NCBI GenBank assembly: GCA_943846675.1
Contig: OX044357.1
Span: forward strand, 1,408,500-1,472,499
DNA: 64,000 nucleotides
Source of the DNA: an uncultured Bacteroidia bacterium
GTDB lineage: Bacteria > Bacteroidota > Bacteroidia > NS11-12g > UBA9320
Direction of reading: 5' to 3'
Positions 1-10,543 of this stretch are shown piece by piece. The notes beneath the pieces are model-generated. The model searched no databases and was not told where the DNA came from. It saw only the letters and a list, made by a program, of their open reading frames with translations. How positions within the stretch are numbered: position 1 is the first letter of the stretch; each line of letters begins with the position of its first letter. A program made the position numbers and the translations under genes.

Positions 1-276
1 TTGATGAATAAAATTTGTCGTGCCGTCTAGAGGGTCGATTATCCATTGGTATGCGCTGTCAGATTTCTGCCCAGTGTCTTCTTCGGCTATGATCGAGCTT
101 CCGGGAATAAGTTTTAAAAAGGAAGCAACAAGGTATTTTTCTGTAGCGACATCTATATCCGTCACCAATTGATTTAGGCCTTTGGTATCCAAGGTCTCAA
201 ACTGGTTGTGGTTGTTCTGAAAGAATTGACTCTTAGCCTGTTTTATAATGGATTTTATGTCTTCTGTAAATTGCAT
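1..276 (-). CDS. inositol monophosphatase family protein (N-terminal part, runs off window edge)
   Basis: Manual translation MQFTEDIK...LVTDIDVATEKYL...IIAEE...WIIDPLDGTTNFIH; DPLDGT(T)NF is the IMPase/SuhB motif. Confidence 0.9.
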   Translation of the reverse strand, partial: MQFTEDIKSIIKQAKSQFFQNNHNQFETLDTKGLNQLVTDIDVATEKYLVASFLKLIPGSSIIAEEDTGQKSDSAYQWIIDPLDGTTNFIHQ

Positions 277-280
277 TTCT

Positions 281-1015
281 CTAACGTAATAATCTGTCGC
301 AAACAATAGCTGTTGCCACAGCAGCATTTAAACTTTCTGCTTCGCCAGTTTTAGGGATGGTGATATCGATATGCCCTATTGAGCTCAAACCACTTGAAAT
401 GCCATTGGCTTCATTGCCTATTACAATGAGACCGGCATTATGCTTCGGCAAATCGTAAATCGACTCTCCGGCCATTTGGGTGAAAAAGATGGGCTTATCG
501 GTTTGCTTAAATACTTCCAATAGGTCGGTGTATGTCACCATGACCCTGGTGAATGACCCCATCGTGCTGGTAATCGTTTTAGGGTTGTAAACATCGACTG
601 TTTCATGCGAAGCAAAAATTTGTTTAATGCCATACCAGTCTGCAATTCTGATTATCGTTCCAAGATTTCCTGGATCTTTTATATCGTCCAAGCATATGGC
701 CCAAGCACTTTCCAAAACAGTGTTTGAGGCATATTGATTTGCCACCGCAATGACTGGCGAAGCCGACTTAAAATATGACATCCTTTCCAAATCTGTTTTA
801 CCTGCCTCCACAATGTTCAAAGCATCGGTATTCGCATTGTGTTCATTAATCCAGTCAGGTAGTGCATATATAGTGTCAATCTTATATGAGCTGTGGATGA
901 GTTCATCAACCGACTTTACGCCCTCAACGATAAATTGGCCGTATTTTTGACGATATTTCTTTCGGTGAAGAGACTGAACAAATTTTATTTGATTTTTGGT
1001 AACCAAGTTGGTCAT
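281..1015 (-). CDS. TrmH/SpoU family RNA methyltransferase
   Basis: LDDIKDPGNLGTIIR, IGNEANGIS and ESLNAAVA SPOUT motifs. Confidence 0.92.
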   Translation of the reverse strand: MTNLVTKNQIKFVQSLHRKKYRQKYGQFIVEGVKSVDELIHSSYKIDTIYALPDWINEHNANTDALNIVEAGKTDLERMSYFKSASPVIAVANQYASNTVLESAWAICLDDIKDPGNLGTIIRIADWYGIKQIFASHETVDVYNPKTITSTMGSFTRVMVTYTDLLEVFKQTDKPIFFTQMAGESIYDLPKHNAGLIVIGNEANGISSGLSSIGHIDITIPKTGEAESLNAAVATAIVCDRLLR

Positions 1016-1021
1016 AATGTT

Positions 1022-3268
1022 ATGGCGACAAAGGTAACGTTAGTTTTGTTTAGTGTTTTGGCATTGTCTTCTTGTAAGTCGAGTAAGCTAGTCCCAGAGA
1101 ATACCTATTTGCTGCAAAAGAATCGAGTGATAGGTGCAAATGAGTCGGTAGCAGAAACAGATCTACTGGACCAAGTACGTCATAAACCCAATAGGAAGTT
1201 AATCATCTTTAAAGCCCATATGTGGGCCAACTACTTTGGCAAACAGGTAGGCTTAAATAAAATCGGTGAACCGCCAGTACTGGTAGATACTTCAGCAGTG
1301 AGGTTAAGTGCAGAAAACATTCAACGCTATCTGGTAAAAAGAGGGTACTTCGACAATGACGTGCGTTATGAGGTTGAGCAAACCAAATTCTCCAAAGCTT
1401 TTAAGTTACGCAAGCAACGGGTGACCTATTATGTGCAAGAAGGACAGCCTTATATTGTTCAAAACATACAGTATCAAACTTCCAATACCGACATTCAGCT
1501 CTTAATACAAGTATCAACAGACGAATCGAAAATTGAGCTAAATAAACCCGTAGACTTTGAAGCATTAGGTGATGAGCGGTCGAGGATTAGTGATTTGTTA
1601 AGAAACAATGGTTACTATAGTTTTAATCCTTCGTTCGTTTCTTTTGAATTGGACACGGCCATATTACCCCGACAAGTATATGTAGACATTCATATTAGCG
1701 ATCCTGACAGTTTTGCCCATGCAAAAAAACGCATCGAACGTGTAAGGGTGGTATATCAGACAGGCATGCAAACATTTGACACAGTTCGGAATGTGAAGCA
1801 CAACATAACTTTTGTTATGAATGGAATGGATATTTCTCCCGCAGTTATTGCGAATAATATTCTACTGAAAGAAGGAGACTACTTTAGTCAGTTGGACTTA
1901 GCCAAAACTTACGAAAGGTTAGTGAGTCTTAATTTATTCAGCAACGTCGGTGTAAGCATTGAAGAAATTGACGAAAAAAAGGGAGTGTTGGATGTTACCG
2001 TTGTGCTTAAAACGTCACCTAAATTTGACTTTGTTTGGCAACCTCAGATTATATCCACGGAACAGCGATTTAGTAACAGCCAGTCAAGTAGAAACTATGG
2101 GTTGGCAAATGAGTTTTCGCTTAAAAATAAAAATGTATTTCACAATGGAGAAGAGTTTAATGTGAATATACGAACCGCATTAGAAACCCAATTTACGTCG
2201 GACAGTAACTCCGCATTTAGCACTTTTATTCAGGAGTTAAATACCGAGCTAAAAATACCACAGCTTTTGTTCTTTAGAAAACGAGGTAATGCGTTAAAAA
2301 TTAACTCAGTAAGTACAAATTTTAACGCCAGTTATTTATTCGAAACAAATCCGTTTTATCGCAGAAACTTCTTTCCCTTGTCTTACACATATGAACTTGC
2401 AGACAAGCGTTTTAGATTTACATACTCACCCTTATTGGTCAGTTTGAACGAGGCCACTTACAAACAGAAGTTGTTCGATCAAGCCAGTGCGAGTTATCTG
2501 CAAACCTTAGAACGAATATTTACAAACAACTTAATTACCAGTCAACAAATCGGGGGCTTTTATACCACCAAAACTGCTGATGCCAAACAGTATTGGTCTA
2601 TACGTTCCAACCTTTTAGAAGTGTCTGGTATTTGGTTGCCACAAATCACGGATTACGGGAAGGCATTTGGTGTCAATCATTCAACGTTCATCAGAACGGA
2701 TGCAGATCTGCGCTATCACGTAATATTTAATGAAAACAACGAGCTGGTTTTGCGCGGTTATGGAGGTATTGGAGTGCCACTAGGAGAAAGATCCGTATTG
2801 CCTTACGAAAGACGGTTTATCAGTGGTGGATCGAATTATTTGCGTGGATGGCGTCTAAGGACGGTAGGCCCAGGGGCATTTTCAGCAGCCGATAACTTAC
2901 AATTGACGAGAACTGGAGAACTGGGAATATTAGGGAATTTTGAATATCGATTCAATATTATAAGAAATGCGATAGACCTGAATGGTGCTTTATTTGTTGA
3001 CGTGGGTAACGTTTGGAACTTAAAAAAAGATACACTGTTTCCTGAAGGAGAATTTAGCCCTGATCGGTTTTTGCAAGAATTTGCCATAAATTCTGGCCTT
3101 GGGTTTAGATTGGATATGAGTTTCTTGCTGCTCCGATTTGATTGGGGTGTACCTTTGTGGGATCCAAATTTTCCGCTTGAAGACAGAGCCGTTATTCAAG
3201 GGGCTTTTAAAGACGGATGGATTTTTAAACGCCCAGTTTGGAATATTGCAGTTGGTTATCCATTTTAA
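1022..3268 (+). CDS. tamL: TamL-like Omp85 (BamA/TamA) family lipoprotein
   Basis: Lipobox LSSC after start at 1022; POTRA-like region; GGSNYLRGW motif; C-terminal AVGYPF. Confidence 0.8.
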   Translation: MATKVTLVLFSVLALSSCKSSKLVPENTYLLQKNRVIGANESVAETDLLDQVRHKPNRKLIIFKAHMWANYFGKQVGLNKIGEPPVLVDTSAVRLSAENIQRYLVKRGYFDNDVRYEVEQTKFSKAFKLRKQRVTYYVQEGQPYIVQNIQYQTSNTDIQLLIQVSTDESKIELNKPVDFEALGDERSRISDLLRNNGYYSFNPSFVSFELDTAILPRQVYVDIHISDPDSFAHAKKRIERVRVVYQTGMQTFDTVRNVKHNITFVMNGMDISPAVIANNILLKEGDYFSQLDLAKTYERLVSLNLFSNVGVSIEEIDEKKGVLDVTVVLKTSPKFDFVWQPQIISTEQRFSNSQSSRNYGLANEFSLKNKNVFHNGEEFNVNIRTALETQFTSDSNSAFSTFIQELNTELKIPQLLFFRKRGNALKINSVSTNFNASYLFETNPFYRRNFFPLSYTYELADKRFRFTYSPLLVSLNEATYKQKLFDQASASYLQTLERIFTNNLITSQQIGGFYTTKTADAKQYWSIRSNLLEVSGIWLPQITDYGKAFGVNHSTFIRTDADLRYHVIFNENNELVLRGYGGIGVPLGERSVLPYERRFISGGSNYLRGWRLRTVGPGAFSAADNLQLTRTGELGILGNFEYRFNIIRNAIDLNGALFVDVGNVWNLKKDTLFPEGEFSPDRFLQEFAINSGLGFRLDMSFLLLRFDWGVPLWDPNFPLEDRAVIQGAFKDGWIFKRPVWNIAVGYPF

Positions 3269-3279
3269 AAATGTTGGCT

Positions 3280-3287
3280 TACTTTTG
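3280..3287 (+). promoter_or_regulatory. Bacteroidota sigma70 -7 element
   Basis: TACTTTTG matches TAnnTTTG just upstream of ATG 3303. Confidence 0.5.
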
Positions 3288-3302
3288 CGCAGCGTAATAA
3301 AC

Positions 3303-4112
3303 ATGAAGAATAAGTTTACATTAATCCTTTTAGCAGCCGTAACCCTTGCGACTGGTTTTTCAGGATGTAAGGATGAAGATGGAAATTCCAAAGGAATTAA
3401 CCTCTTTAGCTTGCAAGATGATATTACTTTCGGTGCGCAGGTTGCGACAGAAATAGAATCTGATCCAGTTAACTTTCCAATCTTAGATAGTGCTTCATAT
3501 CCTGAAGCCTACGGTCATTTAAGACGTATTACGAAAACGATTTTGAATAGTGGTAAGGTCACATACAAGGATGACTTCGTATGGCAAACCAAAATCATTG
3601 AAGACGATTCTACATTAAACGCGTTTTGCACGCCAGGCGGCTACATTTACGTATATACCGGATTAATTAAGTACTTGGCGAGCGAGGATGAACTTGCTGG
3701 CGTCATGGGTCACGAAATTGCTCATGCTGATGAGCGACATTCAACTGAAGCATTAACAAAACAATATGGCACGGATGTACTGTTTGCGATACTATTTGGT
3801 AATGACCAAGGGACGTTAACCCAGGTTGCCAAAGGAATGATTGGTTTACAGTATAGTCGCAACAACGAATCTGAGGCTGATATGCGCTCGGTTGACTATC
3901 TGTATCCAACAGAATACGACGCACGTGGTGCAGCAAGATTTTTTGAAAAAATAATTGCCCAAGGGGGGGGGAGTGGACCTGAATTTTTGAGTACACACCC
4001 AAATCCTGAGAATAGAGTTGCTGATATCATTTCTTACTGGGAAGATAAGGGTGGCAATGAAGGCGAACGATTTGAAGACCGTTATAAAGACTTTAAAAAT
4101 AGTTTACCCTAG
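3303..4112 (+). CDS. M48 family metalloprotease lipoprotein
   Basis: Lipobox FSGC; NAFCTPGG, HEIAH, ESEAD and FLSTHP motifs. Confidence 0.92.
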   Translation: MKNKFTLILLAAVTLATGFSGCKDEDGNSKGINLFSLQDDITFGAQVATEIESDPVNFPILDSASYPEAYGHLRRITKTILNSGKVTYKDDFVWQTKIIEDDSTLNAFCTPGGYIYVYTGLIKYLASEDELAGVMGHEIAHADERHSTEALTKQYGTDVLFAILFGNDQGTLTQVAKGMIGLQYSRNNESEADMRSVDYLYPTEYDARGAARFFEKIIAQGGGSGPEFLSTHPNPENRVADIISYWEDKGGNEGERFEDRYKDFKNSLP

Positions 4113-4133
4113 CTGGCACTAGAAAAGCATTAC

Positions 4134-4166
4134 AAGCCTTTTTGCCAGAGCAGAAAGGCTTTTTTT
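4134..4166 (+). terminator. intrinsic terminator
   Basis: AAGCCTTT-TGC...GCAG-AAAGGCTT hairpin followed by a T-run. Confidence 0.6.
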
Positions 4167-4183
4167 ATATAATAGTTACAACA

Positions 4184-5416
4184 ATGGAATTACAAGAAAC
4201 AAGTTATCAGATCCAAGGGGTTGATTTACTTAACGTAGCAAATGAGTTTGGTTCACCAGTTTATGTCTATGATGCAGATAAAATTGTGAAGCAATATAAA
4301 AAGCTTTGCAACGCGTTTGAAGGAGTTGACTTAAAGATAAAATATGCTTGTAAGGCACTAACCAATATTAACATTCTAAAACTGTTGCGTCAGCAAGGAT
4401 GCGGTTTAGATACGGTTTCGATTCAGGAAGTACTGCTAGGATTAGAAGCTGGCTTCGAACCAAGCGAAATTCTGTATACGCCAAACTGTGTTTCTTTCGA
4501 AGAAATTCAAAAAGCGGTTGACGTTGGTGTTCAGATAAACATCGACAACATTTCGATATTGGAACAATTTGGAAACGAATATGGATCAACAGTTCCGGTA
4601 TGTATTAGGTTAAATCCACATATCATGGCCGGTGGTCATTCACATATTTCTGTTGGTCATATCGATTCTAAGTTTGGCGTTTCGATTCATCAAGTGCCTC
4701 ATTTATTGCGCGTAGTTAAAACCTACGACATCAAAGTAAATGGGCTACACATGCACACGGGGTCAGATATTCTAGATGCAGAGGTGTTTTTAATTGGCGC
4801 AGAGTTACTATTTAACGTAGCTAAGGAATTTAAAGATCTTGAGTTTATGGATTTTGGCTCAGGATTTAAAGTTGGTTATAGACCTGGTGACGTCACTACC
4901 GATATTGAGTCTTTGGGGAAGAAAATCACAACAAGATTTAATGCTTTTTGTAAAGAGTATGGAAAAGAATTGGAACTATGGTTTGAGCCTGGGAAATTTT
5001 TAGTGAGTGAATCTGGTTTCTTTTTAGTTCGATCTAACGTGATTAAGCAAACGACATCAACTGTGTTTGTTGGTGTGGATAGCGGTCAAAACCATTTACT
5101 GCGCCCTAAGTTGTACGACGCCTATCATGAAATTACCAACTTGAGCAATCCTTTTGGTACCAAGCGGGTTTACTCTGTTGTTGGCTATATATGCGAAGCA
5201 GATACCCTGGCCTACGACAGGCAATTGAATGAGGTTCGTGAGGGAGATATTTTAGCGATTCACAACGCCGGAGCATACGCCATCAGTATGAGTTCCAACT
5301 ACAATTCGCGATTCCGCCCAGCAGAAGTGCTCATTTACAAGGGTAAAGCCCATTTGATTAGACAACGGGAAACATTCGAAGACTTGATGAAAACTCAAGT
5401 GAGTGTAGAAATTTAG
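4184..5416 (+). CDS. lysA: diaminopimelate decarboxylase
   Basis: YACKAL PLP lysine, SKFG, HMHTGS, EPGKFLV, GYICE and MSSNYNSR motifs. Confidence 0.95.
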   Translation: MELQETSYQIQGVDLLNVANEFGSPVYVYDADKIVKQYKKLCNAFEGVDLKIKYACKALTNINILKLLRQQGCGLDTVSIQEVLLGLEAGFEPSEILYTPNCVSFEEIQKAVDVGVQINIDNISILEQFGNEYGSTVPVCIRLNPHIMAGGHSHISVGHIDSKFGVSIHQVPHLLRVVKTYDIKVNGLHMHTGSDILDAEVFLIGAELLFNVAKEFKDLEFMDFGSGFKVGYRPGDVTTDIESLGKKITTRFNAFCKEYGKELELWFEPGKFLVSESGFFLVRSNVIKQTTSTVFVGVDSGQNHLLRPKLYDAYHEITNLSNPFGTKRVYSVVGYICEADTLAYDRQLNEVREGDILAIHNAGAYAISMSSNYNSRFRPAEVLIYKGKAHLIRQRETFEDLMKTQVSVEI

Positions 5417-6312
5417 ATTTCTTTTTCAACTGTAGTGATGGATTCGCCTTCTTTACGGGTGCGTTTCCAACGCTTATGCGTCCAAAGCCAATTTGACGGC
5501 TCATCCAGAATTTGCTTTTCTAACCGGCGTGTATGTTCAATGCTGATGAAACCATGAGCGGTCTCGTTTGGTTTGTCGGTTATCAGAGACAGTTCAAAGC
5601 TATAGTGCCCGCGTTTGGTGCGCTGAATTGCTCCGTATAACACGGGATAGTCGTATTTTTTAGCATAACGTTCAGTGCCAAAAGCCAATGCAGTTTCTTG
5701 ATTTAAAAAGTGTGTCCAAACCACATTTTTATTATAGGTAGGACTTTGGTCTGCTCCAAAAATAATTGCAGTATTGTCGCGGCTTTCTTGTTCAAAGTAC
5801 CTTGCTGAATCCTTAGTGGTAACCATTTTGATACCAAACTTGGTTCTAGATTCAAGCATCACTTTGTTGAAAAACACGTCATTCAGTTTTGTGAACAAAG
5901 CAACCGATTGGTGTTTAATGTTTAAGTCAAGTGCAATCGCTATGATCTCCCAGTTGCAATAATGTCCACCAACTATAATGACACTTTGACCTTTATCTGC
6001 GTAATCATCAATCAATTCTGGATTGATCACATGAAGACGCTGTAAAGCTTGTCGTTTTGATATGCTGAAAAACTTGACGCTTTCTACAATTAAATCAGAT
6101 AGGTGTTTATAAAACCGACTGACGATTTGGTTTATTTCGGCATCCGACTTGTCTGGGAAGGAGGCTGTCAAATTGCGTATAACGACCTTTTTGCGATATC
6201 CGACTAGCTTGTATAATACCACATATAAAAAGCTCGATAGCAGATATAATAGGCTAAATGGTAACCACGATAGTGGTTTAATAACGAGGTAGTATAGGGC
6301 TTTACTCATCAT
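5413..6312 (-). CDS. lipid A lauroyl/myristoyl-type acyltransferase (LpxL family)
   Basis: GHYCNWE, ADQ and WLWTHKRWK motifs. Confidence 0.88.
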   Translation of the reverse strand: MMSKALYYLVIKPLSWLPFSLLYLLSSFLYVVLYKLVGYRKKVVIRNLTASFPDKSDAEINQIVSRFYKHLSDLIVESVKFFSISKRQALQRLHVINPELIDDYADKGQSVIIVGGHYCNWEIIAIALDLNIKHQSVALFTKLNDVFFNKVMLESRTKFGIKMVTTKDSARYFEQESRDNTAIIFGADQSPTYNKNVVWTHFLNQETALAFGTERYAKKYDYPVLYGAIQRTKRGHYSFELSLITDKPNETAHGFISIEHTRRLEKQILDEPSNWLWTHKRWKRTRKEGESITTVEKEI

Positions 6313-6315
6313 CGG

Positions 6316-6822
6316 CTACGAATCTAGTTGAATTAAGCCGTCAGGCACAGTTACGATTATTACACGTGCATCGTCATTTACGTCTTCAACTATCGCATCA
6401 ACAAACGGTATGAGTATTTCTTTTTGTCCGTAGGTAATAAGTAGGAGGTCTTGTGCACTGTTTTCTATAACTTCTTTTACCGGTCCAAGATTACCTAGGT
6501 TGTTGTCAACAACCTGATATCCAATCAATGTGTCTTCGTCTTCGTCAAAGTCTAATTGATCGACTGGAAGATAAAGTGCTTTACTAAGAAAAGATTGGGC
6601 GTGTTCTAAATTGCTGACATCTTGAATAGCAACTATGTATGGGTTTTTAGTCGAAATTTCGTTTATAAAAAAAGGAACCGGCTTATGATCAAACATCATA
6701 AAGATCGGTTCCTTTTGATTAATTTCTATTCCGTTGAATAATTCGAATCTCAATTTGCCCTCATACCCATGGGTTTTGATGACACGACCTACTTCTAATA
6801 AATGGCCGGCTGAGAATATCAT
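6316..6822 (-). CDS. rimM: ribosome maturation factor RimM
   Basis: GRVIKTHGYEG, ILIPFV and PDGL motifs; follows rpsP. Confidence 0.93.
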   Translation of the reverse strand: MIFSAGHLLEVGRVIKTHGYEGKLRFELFNGIEINQKEPIFMMFDHKPVPFFINEISTKNPYIVAIQDVSNLEHAQSFLSKALYLPVDQLDFDEDEDTLIGYQVVDNNLGNLGPVKEVIENSAQDLLLITYGQKEILIPFVDAIVEDVNDDARVIIVTVPDGLIQLDS

Positions 6823-6827
6823 GTGAA

Positions 6828-7541
6828 TTACTCTGCTGGTTTTTCTTCTTCAGCTGGAGCTTCAGCTTCCGCTTTTGGCTCTTCAGCTTCCGCTTTTGGC
6901 TCTTCAGCTTCCGCTTTTGGCTCTTCTGCAGGAGCTTCTTCCGCTGCTGGTGCTTCTTCTGCTACCGGAGCTTCTTCTGCTGCAGGAGCTTCAGTCTCAG
7001 CAACTGTTTCTTCAACAGCTGGTGCCTCTTCGGCAACTGCTTCAGTTGTTTCTGCTGCTGCTTCTTCAACTTCCTCAGCTAAAGGAGAGTTCTTAGCCAA
7101 AATGGCTTTTTCTCTTTCTTCTCTAACCTTAGATTCACGTGCAAAAATTTCTGCTTCAGCTGCTGCTTTCGCGTCGGCTAATTGTGTCTTTTTCGCATCA
7201 ATCTGAGTGGCTTTTCCTTCTATCCAAGCGTTGAACTTAGTTTCAACTTCTTCAACAGGAAATGCACCCTTTGCTGCACCTTTCAAAAGGTGGTTTTTGT
7301 ACATCGCACCTTTGTAACTTAAAATAGCTCTAACCGTGTCTGTAGGTTGAGCGCCGTTTTGTAGCCACTGCACAGATTTCTCAAGGTCGAGGTCAATTGT
7401 CGCTGGGTTTGTGTTCGGGTTATACGAACCAACGCGTTCAATAAATCTACCATCCCTTGGAGCACGTGCATCCGCCGCCACAATGTAGTAAAAAGGCTTT
7501 CTTTTTCGCCCTTTTCTTAATAATCTTAATTTAACTGACAT
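6828..7541 (-). CDS. rpsP: 30S ribosomal protein S16 with long Ala/Glu/Pro-rich C-terminal extension
   Basis: MSVKLRL...[27 protein letters not shown]; start placed at 7541. Confidence 0.97.
   Translation of the reverse strand: MSVKLRLLRKGRKRKPFYYIVAADARAPRDGRFIERVGSYNPNTNPATIDLDLEKSVQWLQNGAQPTDTVRAILSYKGAMYKNHLLKGAAKGAFPVEEVETKFNAWIEGKATQIDAKKTQLADAKAAAEAEIFARESKVREEREKAILAKNSPLAEEVEEAAAETTEAVAEEAPAVEETVAETEAPAAEEAPVAEEAPAAEEAPAEEPKAEAEEPKAEAEEPKAEAEAPAEEEKPAE
6861..6923. repeat. 3 x 21-bp perfect tandem repeat within the rpsP tail (EPKAEAE)
   Basis: TTCAGCTTCCGCTTTTGGCTC x3. Confidence 0.9.
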
Positions 7542-7910
7542 ATAATATAATTTGTTAAAACGCTGGGTCTCCATTCCAGCGGCTGCAAAGGTCGTATTAG
7601 TACTTGAGTTATCCAAGTAAATTGAGTACAAATAACACAGTTCAAAGAGAATAAAAAAAGGGTATCTAGATATTCGTGTAAGTAGCTCATTTAAAGCGCA
7701 TTGTGCGTCAAAAGATTAGTGGGGAATCTTACTCGCGTATCAACTTGATGCAATTCACGTTTGAGTCTGCACATTTTCCCAGTACTTTGACTTTATACAA
7801 GTCGCATTGTAAGGAGAGCCAATGGTCAGGTTTAATCAACATTTTATCTGCATTAATCGAATTGCTATAATCGCTGGGCGGTATGACTTAAATTTGGAAA
7901 AATTTTAAGG

Positions 7911-8576
7911 TTGATTGAATTAAACGGCATTGAAAAGTCTTACCAGACTGGTTCCAATACACTCAAAGTGTTGAAAGGGATCGATATTGATATTCAAGAT
8001 GGTGAGTTGGTTAGTATCATGGGGTCTTCCGGATCAGGCAAATCGACCTTACTAAACATTTTGGGTATTCTGGATTCCTATGACACAGGATCTTATGAAA
8101 TAGACGGTCAATTAATAAGAGACTTGTCTGAAACGGAAGCCGCAAAATTCAGAGGTAATTTTATTGGTTTTGTATTTCAATCTTTCAATTTAATCCCATT
8201 CAAAACTGCTGTAGAAAACGTAGCGCTGCCATTGTATTACAAGGGCATAAAAAAGCATAAACGAAACGAAATGGCACTCGATTATCTAGATAAAGTAGGT
8301 CTAAAACCGTGGGCGCATCACAAACCAAGCGAACTAAGTGGTGGACAAAAACAGCGTGTCGCTATTGCAAGAGCGCTGATTACAGAGCCAAAGTTGTTGC
8401 TAGCAGATGAACCTACTGGAGCGTTGGATTCGGTAACTTCTCAAGAAGTAATGGATTTACTGAAGGAGATTAATAAAACGGGCAAAACAGTAATAATCGT
8501 TACCCATGAGCAAGAAATCGCTGACCAAACGGATAGAATCATCATGCTTAAAGACGGTCTAGTCCAAAAAGAGTAA
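7911..8576 (+). CDS. MacB/LolD-type ABC transporter ATP-binding protein
   Basis: GSSGSGKS, LSGGQKQR and ADEPTGALD motifs. Confidence 0.92.
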   Translation: MIELNGIEKSYQTGSNTLKVLKGIDIDIQDGELVSIMGSSGSGKSTLLNILGILDSYDTGSYEIDGQLIRDLSETEAAKFRGNFIGFVFQSFNLIPFKTAVENVALPLYYKGIKKHKRNEMALDYLDKVGLKPWAHHKPSELSGGQKQRVAIARALITEPKLLLADEPTGALDSVTSQEVMDLLKEINKTGKTVIIVTHEQEIADQTDRIIMLKDGLVQKE

Positions 8577-9802
8577 TGGAAAGACTTTTTGAAATATTAG
8601 AAAGTATTAAAACGAATCGGCTAAGAACTTTTCTTACCGGATTTAGTGTAGCCTGGGGAATCTTCATGCTTGTGATTTTGTTGGGGCTAGGCAATGGCTT
8701 ACAAAATGGCACAAAAGAAAAGTTTAAGGGCAGCGCTATTAACAGTATTTTTATTCGTCCAGGTCAAACAAGCTTGAGCTACGACGGATTGTTGCCAGGC
8801 AGAAAGATTCGGTTTCGTAACGATGACTACGATCTGTTAAAAAAAGAAATTGCTGGGATAGATAAAATTTCCGCGCGAGTAGCGCAATGGCGGTCTTTTG
8901 TTGTTTCGTATAAGGACAAGGCAGCGGCGTATCGGGTGCGTGGGGTGCATCCCGACCATCAATTCGTTGAGAAAACCGAGATTGTGAAAGGGCGTTATGT
9001 CAATGAATCGGATTTAAAAGAAAACAGAAAAGTCTGTGTAATAAGTAAAATAATCAAAACAGAATTGTTCGGTGACCAAGCAGCCATAGGAGAATGGTTG
9101 AGCTTAAGCGGAACACCTTGCAAGGTTGTTGGAATCTTTGAAGACGCTGGAAGCGAGGGAGAAAATGGGGTGCTATATATGCCCCTTACTACGGCTCAGC
9201 TCGCTTTTGGACGTGCGGATAGAATTGACCGCATTGTTTTTACAACAGGTGATGCCAATCTTGAGGAAACTCAAGCTATGGCGGCACAAGCTCTCGATAT
9301 GATGTCGGCCAAACACCACTTCTCAAAAGACGATCCAAGGGCGGTACGCATTCGGAATAATTATGAGTCTTATAAGCGGATTGCAGGCACCATAGATATA
9401 ATGAAGTCGTTCTTTTGGTTGATTGGTATCTTTACCATTATTGCCGGTATAATTGGGGTGAGCAACATCATGTTGATTACCGTCCAAGAAAGAACAAAAG
9501 AAATAGGTATTCGGAAATCTATAGGAGCAACGCCACTGTCTGTTGTTTCCATCATTGTTCAGGAGTCCTTGCTTATTACCGGAATATTTGGCTATGTCGG
9601 TTTGTTTATGGGTGTTTTCTTATTAGAACTTGTAGCCAAATTTTTACCAAGTACCGGTGCCGTTATCAGTAATCCGACGGTTGATTTTCAAACCGCGATT
9701 ATCGCCTTACTAGTACTCATTCTTGCAGGAGGTTTAGCGGCTTTACGTCCGTCAATGAAGGCAGCGCAGATTAAGCCAGTGGTTGCCCTCGCTGCCGATT
9801 AG
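8576..9802 (+). CDS. MacB/FtsX-type ABC permease
   Basis: RTFLT N-terminus, periplasmic domain, ERTKEIGIRKSIGA motif. Confidence 0.9.
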   Translation: MERLFEILESIKTNRLRTFLTGFSVAWGIFMLVILLGLGNGLQNGTKEKFKGSAINSIFIRPGQTSLSYDGLLPGRKIRFRNDDYDLLKKEIAGIDKISARVAQWRSFVVSYKDKAAAYRVRGVHPDHQFVEKTEIVKGRYVNESDLKENRKVCVISKIIKTELFGDQAAIGEWLSLSGTPCKVVGIFEDAGSEGENGVLYMPLTTAQLAFGRADRIDRIVFTTGDANLEETQAMAAQALDMMSAKHHFSKDDPRAVRIRNNYESYKRIAGTIDIMKSFFWLIGIFTIIAGIIGVSNIMLITVQERTKEIGIRKSIGATPLSVVSIIVQESLLITGIFGYVGLFMGVFLLELVAKFLPSTGAVISNPTVDFQTAIIALLVLILAGGLAALRPSMKAAQIKPVVALAAD

Positions 9803-9846
9803 ACTTTCTGAATTGTATATTTGGACGATAGCGACAAACTTAAACA

Positions 9847-10128
9847 ATGATACTATCTGTTTTTGCCATTATTCTCGGGATACTTACTGTTTTGATGTGT
9901 CGTCAAGAAAGTGCAAAACGTAAGATTTCTTTTTCAGTAGCACTGCTTTACTGCATGGTGTTAACACCAATCCTAGGTTATATCATTATTTTACACAGAC
10001 CGCTGCGACATCCGTTAAGCTGTGAAACTTGTGGTAGTGAATTAAATGAAGCGGGTTATTGTCAAACATGTAAAAGCCATAAGTCCGGTTTGTCCGCCTC
10101 AGATATAGAGAAACATCTTGTAGATTAA
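9847..10128 (+). CDS. small membrane protein with C-terminal CxxC...CxxC zinc ribbon
   Basis: Two hydrophobic segments, then CETC and CQTC; TATATTTG promoter-like motif at 9816. Confidence 0.6.
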   Translation: MILSVFAIILGILTVLMCRQESAKRKISFSVALLYCMVLTPILGYIIILHRPLRHPLSCETCGSELNEAGYCQTCKSHKSGLSASDIEKHLVD

Positions 10129-10137
10129 TGGAGCAAT

Positions 10138-10485
10138 ATGAACGGCATTGACTCTTTTTACTTCAATAAGTCAGAACCAACTAAAAGTTGTTTGCTCACC
10201 TTACGCGATATGATTTTGCAAAGTGACGCAGAGCTGTCTGAAACAGTTAAATACGGAATGCCTTGCTTTTGTTTAGCGCAACGCGCTGTCTGTTATTTGT
10301 GGACCGATGAGCAATCGGGTTATCCTTATATTCTTTTTGTTGATGGCAACAAGCTAGAGCATCCAAGTCTTTTAGCAGGCAGTCGTAAAAGAATGAAAGT
10401 GCTCAAGGTCAATCCGCATGAAGATATTCCAGTGAAACTCATTACTGACGTGCTTAACAGTATGTTGAGTGTATACAGAAGTTAA
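10138..10485 (+). CDS. DUF1801 (YdhG-like) domain protein
   Basis: LRDMIL...ETVKYGMPCF pattern. Confidence 0.75.
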   Translation: MNGIDSFYFNKSEPTKSCLLTLRDMILQSDAELSETVKYGMPCFCLAQRAVCYLWTDEQSGYPYILFVDGNKLEHPSLLAGSRKRMKVLKVNPHEDIPVKLITDVLNSMLSVYRS

Positions 10486-10493
10486 ATTAGAGC

Positions 10494-10524
10494 AAAAAAA
10501 AGGCCCTTGACTAATCAAGGACCC
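10494..10524. terminator. terminator hairpin between convergent genes
   Basis: A-run, then GGCCCTTGA-CTAA-TCAAGGACC. Confidence 0.55.
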
Positions 10525-10543
10525 TGAGTATTTATCTAAGTTC

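Noticed and set aside
893-1021. Long N-terminal extensions in the ORF track (also 3138, 4142, 7631, 32202, 41350, 48985)
   Set aside because: They overlap neighbouring genes, promoters or terminators; downstream ATGs give proper signal peptides or family starts
6823-7206. Ser/Ala-rich plus-strand ORFs
   Set aside because: Antisense shadows of the low-complexity rpsP tail
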